Shown here: positions 37,193 through 45,463 of the stretch, in pieces | Layout of the letters: each line of letters starts with the position of its first letter | How positions within the stretch are numbered: position 1 is the first letter of the stretch | Assembly: GCA_038078615.1 (NCBI GenBank) | Contig: JBBTWT010000007.1 | Span: forward strand, 1,060-65,059 | Length of the DNA stretch: 64,000 nucleotides | Source: Patescibacteria group bacterium | GTDB lineage: Bacteria; Patescibacteriota; Minisyncoccia; Moranbacterales; UBA1568 | Reading direction: 5' to 3' | Notes under the pieces: generated by a model | The model's database searches: none | What the model was told of the DNA's origin: nothing | What the model saw: only the letters and a program-made list of their open reading frames with translations | Translations under genes and position numbers: made by a program

Positions 37193-38488
37193 ATGGAAAA
37201 TATGAAGAATACACCGCTGGCGGAGAGGATGCGGCCGAAGATGATTGCGGATTTTCTCGGTCAGGAGAAGGTGTTCGGCGAGGGGGCATTTCTCCGTGAG
37301 GCGGTAAAGCGAGGCGATGTTCCGTCGCTCATCTTCTGGGGGCCGCCGGGCAGCGGCAAGACGACGCTCGCACGGCTGCTTTCGAACGAATTGTCGGCAC
37401 AGTTCATCTCGCTCTCGGCGGTGACGAGCGGCAAGCGCGACCTGCAGGAAGTGATCGAAATCGCGAAAACGAACCGCGAAAACAACAAGCAGACCATTCT
37501 CTTCCTCGATGAGATCCATCGCTGGAACAAGGCGCAGCAGGACGCACTTTTGCCGTTCGTGGAGTCCGGCGTCCTGACACTCATCGGGGCGACGACGGAG
37601 AATCCGAGCTTCGAGGTGAATGCCGCTCTCCTCTCGCGGACGCGGGTGCTCGTGCTCGACAAGCACAGTGAGGAAACATTGATACGGCTGCTCACGCAGG
37701 CGCTCGCGACGGATGAGACGCTGCAGCGGCAGAAAATACGGGCGACGGATGCGGCGCTCGCGTTCATCGCGGCCGTGTCCGGAGGAGATGCGCGCCAAGC
37801 ATTCAATATTGTGGAAGCGTGTGCGTCTCAGGTGAAGAACATCACGCCGGAAATAGTGGAAACAATCGTCGCGCGATCGCACATCCTCTACGACAAGGGC
37901 GGCGAACAGCATTACAATATCATCTCCGCGCTCCATAAATCGATGCGCGGCGGGGATGCGGACGCGGCGCTTTACTGGCTGGGGCGGATGCTCGAGGCAG
38001 GGGAAGACCCGCTCTATGTGGCGCGGCGATTGGTTCGGTTCGCATCGGAGGACGTGGGACTGGCGAATTCATTCGCATTGCCGCAAGCGGTCGCGGCGTT
38101 CCAAGCGTGCCAGATGCTCGGGATGCCGGAGTGCGAGGTGCATCTGGCGCAGGCGGTCGTCTATCTTGCCAAGTCCAAGAAATCCAACGCGCTCTACGTC
38201 GCTTATGGCAAAGTGAAGGAAGACGTGAAGAACTTTCCCAACGAACCGGTGCCGCTTTATCTGCGCAACCTGCCTCGACTGCCAGGAGGCAAGGCGGGCG
38301 CCCCGACCAAATTGATGAAGGAGCTTGAGTACGGCAAGGGCTATAAATACACGCTTGCCCGAAACACTTCGCGAAGCGATGTGGGCGGGCCTGATTTTAA
38401 GACGAAAGAAGAAGCGGAACAAGACTATCTGCCCGCGAAGCTCAAGGGGAGGAAATATATCGAGATCAAGTCGTCCTTGGAGAAATGA
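37193..38488 (+). CDS. rarA: Replication-associated recombination protein A (AAA+)
   Basis: LAERMRP, GPPGSGKTTLA, LFLDEIHRWNKAQQD and APTKLMKELEYGKGYKY. 10-aa insertion at 38270-38299. Confidence 0.9.
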   Translation: MENMKNTPLAERMRPKMIADFLGQEKVFGEGAFLREAVKRGDVPSLIFWGPPGSGKTTLARLLSNELSAQFISLSAVTSGKRDLQEVIEIAKTNRENNKQTILFLDEIHRWNKAQQDALLPFVESGVLTLIGATTENPSFEVNAALLSRTRVLVLDKHSEETLIRLLTQALATDETLQRQKIRATDAALAFIAAVSGGDARQAFNIVEACASQVKNITPEIVETIVARSHILYDKGGEQHYNIISALHKSMRGGDADAALYWLGRMLEAGEDPLYVARRLVRFASEDVGLANSFALPQAVAAFQACQMLGMPECEVHLAQAVVYLAKSKKSNALYVAYGKVKEDVKNFPNEPVPLYLRNLPRLPGGKAGAPTKLMKELEYGKGYKYTLARNTSRSDVGGPDFKTKEEAEQDYLPAKLKGRKYIEIKSSLEK

Positions 38489-38492
38489 CAGC

Positions 38493-38521
38493 TTGCTTTT
38501 TCGGAAAAAATCGGTTAGGAT
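38493..38521 (+). promoter_or_regulatory. Promoter for pepA
   Basis: TTGCTT, 17-nt spacer, TAGGAT. Confidence 0.4.
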
Positions 38522-38553
38522 GATGCTTCATCAGTCATGATAACTGTACGTTT

Positions 38554-39954
38554 ATGAAAATACTGATCTCTCGGGAAAATGCGGGGTATTGGCAGAAAAA
38601 AGGTGCGCTTGCGTTCCGTTTTGACGTGAATGGCAAGGACGGTATCATCGTCTCGCAGGGCGGCAGGCATACCTGTTTGTTTTCCATGGGTGACAAAGAA
38701 ATGACGCGGCGCAAGCTGATGCTCCTCGTGCGGCGCATGGTCTCCGAGGCGGTCGCCAAGAAATACAAGATGATCGTCGTGGATTTCAAACAACTCCGTT
38801 TTCCGGGCATAACGATATCTGACAGCGAACTCGCCGAACTGATCACAGTCAATCTTCTGATGGCGGATTTCGTATTCCGTGATTTCCTTTCCAAACCGAA
38901 AGAGGGATTCTCGGACGTAGAAACCGTCGCCGTGGTACATGCTTCGGGCCAAGACATCAAGCGTGGTATCGAGCGCGGGACAATCATCGGCGAAGAAGCG
39001 AACCGTTCGCGGCACATCGCGACGATGCCGGGCGGGGAGATGACGCCGGAAATTCTGGCACGACACGCGAAACAATCCGTGAAGGGGCTCCCGGTGAAAT
39101 ACTCTGTACTCGATGAGAGAGCGATGAAACGTCTCAAGATGGGCGGCGTGCTCGGTGTAGGTAAGGGATCGGAGGCAAAACCGTGTTTCATCATTCTCGA
39201 GTATTTCGGTGCATCCGATAAAAAAGAAAAACCAGTCGTGCTCATAGGCAAAGGCGTGACATTCGATACGGGTGGCATCAACCTGAAGCCGAGCGATTCC
39301 ACTCTCGGAATGAATATGGATATGTCTGGTGGCGCGGCGGTGATTCACGCGCTCGCGGCAGCCGCACGATTGAAACTCAAGAAAAATATCATCGTGCTGG
39401 TTCCGGCGGTGGAGAATATGATGTCGGGATCGAGCTACCGTCCCGGAGACGTACTGCGTTCGATGTCCGGCAAGACGATCGAGGTGCAGAATACCGATGC
39501 CGAAGGACGGATCATCCTCGCCGACGCGCTCACCTATGCCAAGCGCTACCAGCCGTCGCTCGTCGTGGATGTCGCGACGCTCACGGGCGCGGCGCTCGTC
39601 GCACTCGGGGAACGTGCGACCGCACTCTTCACGCAGGATGAAAAACTGGAGCAGATATTCCGCCATCTCGGCGAAGAGAGCGGAGACTATGTCTGGCCGC
39701 TGCCGCTGTGGGACGAATATGACACGGAGATCAAGGGCACGTTCGGCGATGTGGCGAATGTCGGCAAGACACGTTGGGGCGGAGCGATCACTGCGGCCGC
39801 ATTTCTCAAGCAGTTCGTCGACGACGCATATCCGTGGGTGCATCTCGACATCGCGCCGCGGATGACGACGCTGCCGGACGAATTCCTGTCCAAAGGCTCC
39901 GCCGGCGCCCCGGTTCGTCTCTTGGTGAAGCTGCTGGAGAAGTTCCCATCGTAA
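38554..39954 (+). CDS. pepA: Leucyl aminopeptidase (M17)
   Basis: VGKGVTFDTGGINLKP and NTDAEGRIILADAL signatures. Confidence 0.9.
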   Translation: MKILISRENAGYWQKKGALAFRFDVNGKDGIIVSQGGRHTCLFSMGDKEMTRRKLMLLVRRMVSEAVAKKYKMIVVDFKQLRFPGITISDSELAELITVNLLMADFVFRDFLSKPKEGFSDVETVAVVHASGQDIKRGIERGTIIGEEANRSRHIATMPGGEMTPEILARHAKQSVKGLPVKYSVLDERAMKRLKMGGVLGVGKGSEAKPCFIILEYFGASDKKEKPVVLIGKGVTFDTGGINLKPSDSTLGMNMDMSGGAAVIHALAAAARLKLKKNIIVLVPAVENMMSGSSYRPGDVLRSMSGKTIEVQNTDAEGRIILADALTYAKRYQPSLVVDVATLTGAALVALGERATALFTQDEKLEQIFRHLGEESGDYVWPLPLWDEYDTEIKGTFGDVANVGKTRWGGAITAAAFLKQFVDDAYPWVHLDIAPRMTTLPDEFLSKGSAGAPVRLLVKLLEKFPS

Positions 39955-39994
39955 GTAGAAGAAAGAACACTTCAGGATTTTTTGAGGACTATTC

Positions 39995-40022
39995 AAAATG
40001 GCTTTAAGAGGCCATTTTTTTG
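39995..40022 (+). terminator. Intrinsic terminator after pepA
   Basis: AAAATGGC-tttaagag-GCCATTTT running into T7. Confidence 0.65.
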
Positions 40023-40049
40023 GTGTACAAAAAGTGTATAACTTTCGGG

Positions 40050-40112
40050 TTGACGGCTTGGTGGTGAGTGGCGTAAAATGGGGACTAGTTAACCAAAGTG
40101 GGTGAAAGTGGG
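40050..40112 (+). promoter_or_regulatory. dcw-cluster promoter with MraZ-box-like direct repeats
   Basis: TTGACG (40050-40055), 18-nt spacer, TAAAAT (40074-40079). Direct repeats AAAATGGG (40075), AAAGTGGG (40095) and AAAGTGGG (40105) are spaced 20 and 10 nt apart. Confidence 0.55.
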
Positions 40113-40201
40113 GAATACGACGAAGTCGTCCCAAACTTGATTTGGGATCTGCAAAGTAATCCATAGATACTGAATCAAGTTCAGTATGACATCGGAATGT
40201 C

Positions 40202-40636
40202 ATGTTCATCGGAGAATATTCGCACACGATCGATCCCAAGAAGCGCCTGGCGCTTCCTTCGAAGTTCCGCGGCGAACTGGGGAGCAAAGTCGTCGTGACG
40301 CGAGGACTCGACCACTGCCTGTTCGTGTACCCGATGAAAGTCTGGGGCGACCTTGCGACGAAACTGGGCACGCTGCCCGTCGGCGAATCGGGCACGCGCA
40401 GCTTCATCCGCATCATGCTCGCGGGTGCGACGGACGTGGAACTCGACAGCCAGGGACGCGTGCTTCTGCCGGAATATCTGAAGAGCGACGGCGGCCTGAA
40501 GAAAGACGTGACGATCGTGGGACTTTTCAACCGCTTGGAAATCTGGGACACGGCGAAGTGGAAGCGGTACAAAGCGCAGGCGGAGAAGCAGACCGGCAAG
40601 ATCGCGGAGGAATTGGGGAAACTGGGAGTGTACTAA
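40202..40636 (+). CDS. mraZ: Transcriptional regulator MraZ
   Basis: MFIGEY..IDPKKRLALPSKFR and a second SpoVT/AbrB-like half with DSQGRVLLP. First gene of the dcw cluster. Confidence 0.9.
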   Translation: MFIGEYSHTIDPKKRLALPSKFRGELGSKVVVTRGLDHCLFVYPMKVWGDLATKLGTLPVGESGTRSFIRIMLAGATDVELDSQGRVLLPEYLKSDGGLKKDVTIVGLFNRLEIWDTAKWKRYKAQAEKQTGKIAEELGKLGVY

Positions 40637-40637
40637 G

Positions 40638-40780
40638 GAATTTTCAATTTTTAGTTTTCAATTTTCAAACAATGATACGATGATCCAATTTTCGAAAGCT
40701 TTCCGGTTCCGCAAGGCACATTTGAAAATTAGGTCATTGGAAATTCATTAGAAATTGAAAATTGAAAATTGGAAATTGAC
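40638..40780. repeat. Inverted arrays of heptanucleotide repeats, (TTTTCAA)n and (GAAAATT)n, between mraZ and rsmH
   Basis: Left arm 40641-40668: TTTTCAA TTTTTAG TTTTCAA TTTTCAA. Right arm 40750-40780: GAAATT GAAAATT GAAAATT GGAAATT GAC. The arms are mutually complementary. Confidence 0.9.
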
Positions 40781-40787
40781 GAATGTT

Positions 40788-41747
40788 ATGACTAAGCATA
40801 TTCCGGTACTGCTCGAAGAGACGATGGAAGGTTTGTACCTTAAGAAAGGAGACGTCGTCATTGATGCGACGCTCGGCGGAGGCGGACATACGCGGGAGAT
40901 TCTGCGGCGTATCTTGCCTGGAGGCAGAGAGATCGCGATCGATGCGGATGCTGAGGCGCTCGGACGGATGCGTGAATCCGCACAGTCGGACGAGCCGCTC
41001 GCGCAGGCGCTCGCTGACCGATCCCTGACGCTCGTGCAAGGCAACTATTCTTCATTGGGAAGAATACTCGAGCAAGAGGATGTCGGCCCCTGCGATGCGA
41101 TCCTCGCGGATCTGGGGTTCTCATCGGATCAGATCGAGGCGGCCGAGAGAGGGTTCAGTTTTCTCCGGAGCGGTCCGCTCGATATGCGACTGGACCGTTC
41201 GACGCCGCTCACGGCCGAGAAAATCGTGAACACGTTCTCTCCCGAAGAGATCAGCCGGATACTTCGAGACTACGGAGACGAACGCGAAAGCTGGCGTATC
41301 GCCCAGGCGATCACGGCGTCTCGCGCGATACGGCCGATCACGACGACCGATGAGCTCCGTGACATCATCGAGAAAGCATATCCGAAGGGGAGGCGTCATC
41401 GGATGAAGATCCATCCGGCCACCAGGACATTTCAGGCGCTCCGCATCGCGGTCAATCAGGAGTTTGAGCATCTGGCAGCGTTCCTTGCGGCTGCGATGGA
41501 GCGTCTGAAACCCGGCGGCCGCCTCGCGGTCATCGCGTTCCACTCCGGCGAAGACGCGTTGGTCAAGCGATTTTTCAAAGAAAAAACTCGAGGATGTATT
41601 TGCCCGCCAGCATTTCCGATATGTCGCTGCGGGAGGAAACCCGCCGTGAACATACTCACCAAAAAACCGATTATTCCGACTGAGAGGGAAAGACTGGCAA
41701 ACCCGCGTGCGCGCAGCGCCAAGCTGCGCATCATAGGGAAGCTCTGA
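40788..41747 (+). CDS. rsmH: 16S rRNA (cytosine1402-N4)-methyltransferase
   Basis: HIPVLLEE, DATLGGGGHT, DLGFSSDQ and FHSGEDALVK. Start moved to ATG 40788, after the repeat array. Confidence 0.9.
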   Translation: MTKHIPVLLEETMEGLYLKKGDVVIDATLGGGGHTREILRRILPGGREIAIDADAEALGRMRESAQSDEPLAQALADRSLTLVQGNYSSLGRILEQEDVGPCDAILADLGFSSDQIEAAERGFSFLRSGPLDMRLDRSTPLTAEKIVNTFSPEEISRILRDYGDERESWRIAQAITASRAIRPITTTDELRDIIEKAYPKGRRHRMKIHPATRTFQALRIAVNQEFEHLAAFLAAAMERLKPGGRLAVIAFHSGEDALVKRFFKEKTRGCICPPAFPICRCGRKPAVNILTKKPIIPTERERLANPRARSAKLRIIGKL

Positions 41748-41935
41748 ACGGCAGCAACCGCCGCCAGATCGACAAAAACAAAAACAAAAAACAATCGTAT
41801 GCAGGAACGACGCCATCACGTCAGAATGATGTCTCCCGGGGGACACAGGCACGGTCTCGAGCCCGTTCGCAACGCTTTGCCAGCCCGAAAAGCTACGCTT
41901 AACGTTGCTGGCGGGCGTAGCAATGCGGGCAGGCT
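41748..41935 (+). repeat. Leader-ATG-two-hairpin cassette, copy B (homologous to 2521-2700)
   Basis: ACGGCAGCAAC, (ACAAAA)n...AAAAACAATCG, ATG 41799, then hairpins 41874-41893 and 41893-41920. Compensatory differences relative to copy A. Confidence 0.75.
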
Positions 41936-42218
41936 CGCGGGCTCGGTGCACGTGTTCGTGCTGATTGTTTTTCTGATCGCGTTCGTGGCGGGCGGAGGTT
42001 ATCTGTATTCCGTCAATCGTAGCGCGGTGCAGGGATATCATATGCGGACGCTGGAGAAGGAGATCGACAAACTCAAGCAGAATAACGCGGAGCTCAGGAT
42101 CGCCGAGGCGGATCTGCGGTCGCTCTATCGCATCGAGACCGCGGAAGAAGAGCTCGGCATGCAGAAGCTCGACACTATCATCTATCTCGAGGAACATGGA
42201 CCGATAGCTCTGCGGTAG
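41799..42218 (+). CDS. ftsL: Cell division protein FtsL-like (N-terminus encoded by the cassette)
   Basis: TM segment VFVLIVFLIAFVAGGGYLY followed by coiled-coil LEKEIDKLKQNNAELRIAEADL. Lies between rsmH and ftsI. The true start could be later (ATG 41826/41829 or GTG 41947). Confidence 0.6.
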   Translation: MQERRHHVRMMSPGGHRHGLEPVRNALPARKATLNVAGGRSNAGRLAGSVHVFVLIVFLIAFVAGGGYLYSVNRSAVQGYHMRTLEKEIDKLKQNNAELRIAEADLRSLYRIETAEEELGMQKLDTIIYLEEHGPIALR

Positions 42219-42225
42219 GAAGAGG

Positions 42226-44028
42226 ATGATTCGTCTGTGTCAGGATACGCGTATGAGGAACGGAAGCCATGTCCGGCCGAGAAAACACAAGATGGAGGGT
42301 TTGTTGTCGGACGGAGAAGGACGTATCCGAGGGATCATCCTGATCGTTTTTTGTGTCGGTGCGCTTCTGGCGTTGCGGCTGTATTTCATCCAGGTGATGA
42401 GCCACGACAAATGGGTGGCGATCGCCGAAGATCAGCACAATGCGTTTCAGGAACTTGCCGCCGACCGGGGGGAGATATATATGCGCGACGGCGACGGCAG
42501 ATACCCTCTTGCTGTCAACCGCGAATACAGCCTGGCCTATGTCGTGCCGAGGGATGTCGTTGAAAAGGATCGTGTCACCCTGGAACTCTCGCGTATCCTC
42601 GGGATGGACGCCGTCGTGATCCGGACGAAGCTCGACATACCGGATGATCCGTTCGAAATCATCAAGAAACGTCTGACGGACGATGAAGTGAGGCAGATCA
42701 AAGAGATGGATTTGAAAGGTGTTGCACTGTTTCCCGAAAAATATCGTTACTATCCGGCGGGTGAACTCGCTTCGCAGGTCGTCGGTTTCGCGAGTCTTGG
42801 CGAGATAGGCGGGGCTGGCGGATACGGCATAGAGGCGTTCCAGAATGGCCGTCTGCGTGGCGAGGGCGGCACTGTCTCGCAGGAGAAAGACGCCGGCGGC
42901 CGCTGGATACCGCTGTCCGATCGCGCGTTGGTGTCGCCGAAGAACGGTGATAGCATGGTGCTGACGCTCGATCGCGTGATCCAGTATGAGACGGAAAAAA
43001 TATTGCGGGAAGCGATGGAACGTCATAGCGCCGATCGGGCGACGGCGATCGTGATGGATCCGCAGACGGGAGCGATCCTCGCGATGGCGTCGCAGCCGCA
43101 ATTCGATCCGAACAGGTATTCCGAAATAGAGGATTATTCCGTGTTTCTCAATCCCGCGGTCAGTCTCACCTACGAACCCGGATCGATCATGAAGCCGATC
43201 ACGATGGCGATCGGGATCGAGAATGGCAAAGTCTCCCCGGACACGGAATACGTGGATACCGGCGTGGTGCGGGAATCCGGCTACGCCATCCGCAATTCCG
43301 AGGACAAGGTCTATGGCAGGAGCACGATGACCAGGGTGCTCGATGAGTCGATCAATACCGGAGTGATTTTCGTCGAGAAGCAAGTCGGCAACCAGACGTT
43401 CAGGGACTATTTCACGCGTTTCGGTTTCGGTAAAAAAACGGACGTGGCCTTGCCTGCCGAACTTGCGGGCAACGTGCGCAATTTGGACAATCCCCGCACG
43501 AATCTCGAATTTTTCACCGCGGCATTCGGTCAGGGTGTCGCCGTGACGCCGCTCCAGATGATCACGGCGTACGCGGTACTCGCGAACGGCGGAGTGCTTT
43601 ACAAGCCGCAGATCATCGAGCGTATCATCCATAGCGACGGCAGCGAGGAGAAAACGGCGCCGCAGGAAGTGCGGCGCATCCTGAGCGAGGAAACCAGCCG
43701 CACGATAAGCGGGATGCTCCGGAGCGTCGTGGTGAACGGGCATGGCAAGCGCGCGGACGTCCCGGGATATCTGGTCGGCGGCAAGACCGGAACGGCGCAG
43801 GTGGCGAAAAGCGATGGCAGAGGATACGAGGAGGGACAGAGCATCGGTTCCTTCGTCGGATACGCTCCCATCGATGACCCGCGGTTCGTTGTCCTGGTGA
43901 AAATCGACAATCCGAAGGATGTGCAGTGGGCGGAATCGAGCGCCGCCCCGACCTTTGGCCAGATCATGAGGTTTCTGCTAGAGTACGCCAGGATAAGACC
44001 GACCGAGCAGGCGACCGCGAACAAATGA
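42226..44028 (+). CDS. ftsI: Penicillin-binding protein, class B transpeptidase of the dcw cluster
   Basis: N-terminal TM, SxxK (GSIMKP) and KTGT (GGKTGTAQV). Lies downstream of ftsL. Confidence 0.85.
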   Translation: MIRLCQDTRMRNGSHVRPRKHKMEGLLSDGEGRIRGIILIVFCVGALLALRLYFIQVMSHDKWVAIAEDQHNAFQELAADRGEIYMRDGDGRYPLAVNREYSLAYVVPRDVVEKDRVTLELSRILGMDAVVIRTKLDIPDDPFEIIKKRLTDDEVRQIKEMDLKGVALFPEKYRYYPAGELASQVVGFASLGEIGGAGGYGIEAFQNGRLRGEGGTVSQEKDAGGRWIPLSDRALVSPKNGDSMVLTLDRVIQYETEKILREAMERHSADRATAIVMDPQTGAILAMASQPQFDPNRYSEIEDYSVFLNPAVSLTYEPGSIMKPITMAIGIENGKVSPDTEYVDTGVVRESGYAIRNSEDKVYGRSTMTRVLDESINTGVIFVEKQVGNQTFRDYFTRFGFGKKTDVALPAELAGNVRNLDNPRTNLEFFTAAFGQGVAVTPLQMITAYAVLANGGVLYKPQIIERIIHSDGSEEKTAPQEVRRILSEETSRTISGMLRSVVVNGHGKRADVPGYLVGGKTGTAQVAKSDGRGYEEGQSIGSFVGYAPIDDPRFVVLVKIDNPKDVQWAESSAAPTFGQIMRFLLEYARIRPTEQATANK

Positions 44029-45347
44029 TTATGAATAAGAAAAAAATACTCGAAAAAATCCTGCGTTTTATGGCGCGCGCGGTACTGAAAAAATACCAGC
44101 CGCTCATCGTCGGTATCACCGGATCAGTCGGGAAGAGCTTGACGAAGGAGGCGGTAGCGCTCGTCCTGTCCCAGGCGTATGCGGTGCGCAAAGCGGAGGG
44201 GAATTACAACAATGAGATCGGCATCCCGCTCACGATTATCGGCGCTGCGAGCGGAGGAACGTCACTACTGCGCTGGATCGGGGTATTTTTCAGATGGCTC
44301 TGGCTGCTGCTCGTTCCCGTGCGCTATCCGGAGATACTCGTGCTCGAGATGGGTATCGATCGTCCGGGAGATATGGATTATCTGCTCGATTTCGTGCCTC
44401 TCCGGATCGGCGTGGCGACGCAGGTCTCATCGAGTCACATCGCGTTTTTCGGATCGATCGGGAACATCGCCAAAGAGAAAGGCCGGCTGATAGCGGCGCT
44501 TCCGGAAGACGGATTCGCGATCCTGAACGCCGATGATGCGCGCGTGCTCAAGATGAGGGAGAAGACGAAAGCGAAGATTATTACGTACGGCTTCGGCGAA
44601 GAAGCCGTACTGCGAGCTGATAACCTCGTGTCTCATCGCGAAGCAAAGCGCGTCGAGGGATTCAGTTTCAAATTGAATTATGACGGCAAGTCGATTCCGG
44701 TGCATCTGCCGAACATTGTCGCGGCATATCATATTTCCGCGGCGCTCGCGGCGGCGGCGGTCGGCGTGGCGTTTCGGATGAATCTCGTGGAAATAGCGTC
44801 AGCGCTGGAGAATTTCTCGCCGCTTCCCGGACGCATGCGTCTCTTGCCGGGCAGGGACGGGATGACACTGCTCGATGACACGTACAACGCATCGCCGGTT
44901 TCCGCGGAAGCCGCGCTCTCCGTCGTGAGGGAGCTCGTGGCGCCGCGCACAGTCGTCATCCTCGGCGATATGCTGGAGCTCGGCGCGGATGCGAAGCAGG
45001 AACATGCGGCGCTCGCGGATACGGTCATCGCTTCCGGCGCGCATATCGTCATGGCTGTCGGACAGCATATGAGGTCTCTCCACGCGGCGCTGCTCGCGGC
45101 AGGCTTCTCGCGCAAGCAGGCATTCTGGATGCCTGATCCGCTGGCTGCGGCCGATGCTCTGCGAGATATCGTCCGCACGGAGGATCTCATTCTCATCAAG
45201 GGATCACAGGGTATGCGTATGGAGAAAGTAACTGAAGCGCTGCTGGCAGATCCGAGCGAAGCAAAGACACTGTTATGTCGTCAGTCTGTCGAATGGCGGA
45301 ATCGTCTGTTTGTTCCGCCGGCTGAATGGACCAATGAAAAAGAATAA
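44025..45347 (+). CDS. murF: UDP-N-acetylmuramoyl-tripeptide--D-alanyl-D-alanine ligase
   Basis: GITGSVGKSLTKEA P-loop and the DDTYNASP motif. ATGA overlap with the ftsI stop. Confidence 0.85.
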   Translation: MIMNKKKILEKILRFMARAVLKKYQPLIVGITGSVGKSLTKEAVALVLSQAYAVRKAEGNYNNEIGIPLTIIGAASGGTSLLRWIGVFFRWLWLLLVPVRYPEILVLEMGIDRPGDMDYLLDFVPLRIGVATQVSSSHIAFFGSIGNIAKEKGRLIAALPEDGFAILNADDARVLKMREKTKAKIITYGFGEEAVLRADNLVSHREAKRVEGFSFKLNYDGKSIPVHLPNIVAAYHISAALAAAAVGVAFRMNLVEIASALENFSPLPGRMRLLPGRDGMTLLDDTYNASPVSAEAALSVVRELVAPRTVVILGDMLELGADAKQEHAALADTVIASGAHIVMAVGQHMRSLHAALLAAGFSRKQAFWMPDPLAAADALRDIVRTEDLILIKGSQGMRMEKVTEALLADPSEAKTLLCRQSVEWRNRLFVPPAEWTNEKE

Positions 45348-45463
45348 TGAATCGAGAATGAGGAATCGAGAATAAACAATAAGGCGAATGGCGAGCATTG
45401 CGATTTTCTTGCTTTTGATTTATTCTTGATGTATGATGCGCAATTCCTGATTCCTTTTCAGAT

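Noticed and set aside
38515-40599. 694-aa minus-strand ORF spanning pepA, an intergenic terminator and mraZ
   Set aside because: It runs antisense to two well-supported genes and through a terminator and promoter. This is a compositional artefact. The same reasoning applies to 42178-43743, 23734-24903, 53047-54081, 54351-55556, 59794-61041, 61750-62970, 8018-8857 and 25174-26166.
40641-40780. CRISPR array interpretation of the short tandem and inverted repeats here and at 27408, 61734 and 19979-20203
   Set aside because: The units are 7 nt with no spacers, or are single hairpins. There is no repeat-spacer periodicity of 25-40 nt and no cas genes.
45349-45373. Direct repeat GAATCGAGAAT twice (14-nt period) downstream of murF
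   Set aside because: There are only two short copies in an AT-rich spacer. It is noted as consistent with the 7-nt periodicity theme but is too weak to interpret.
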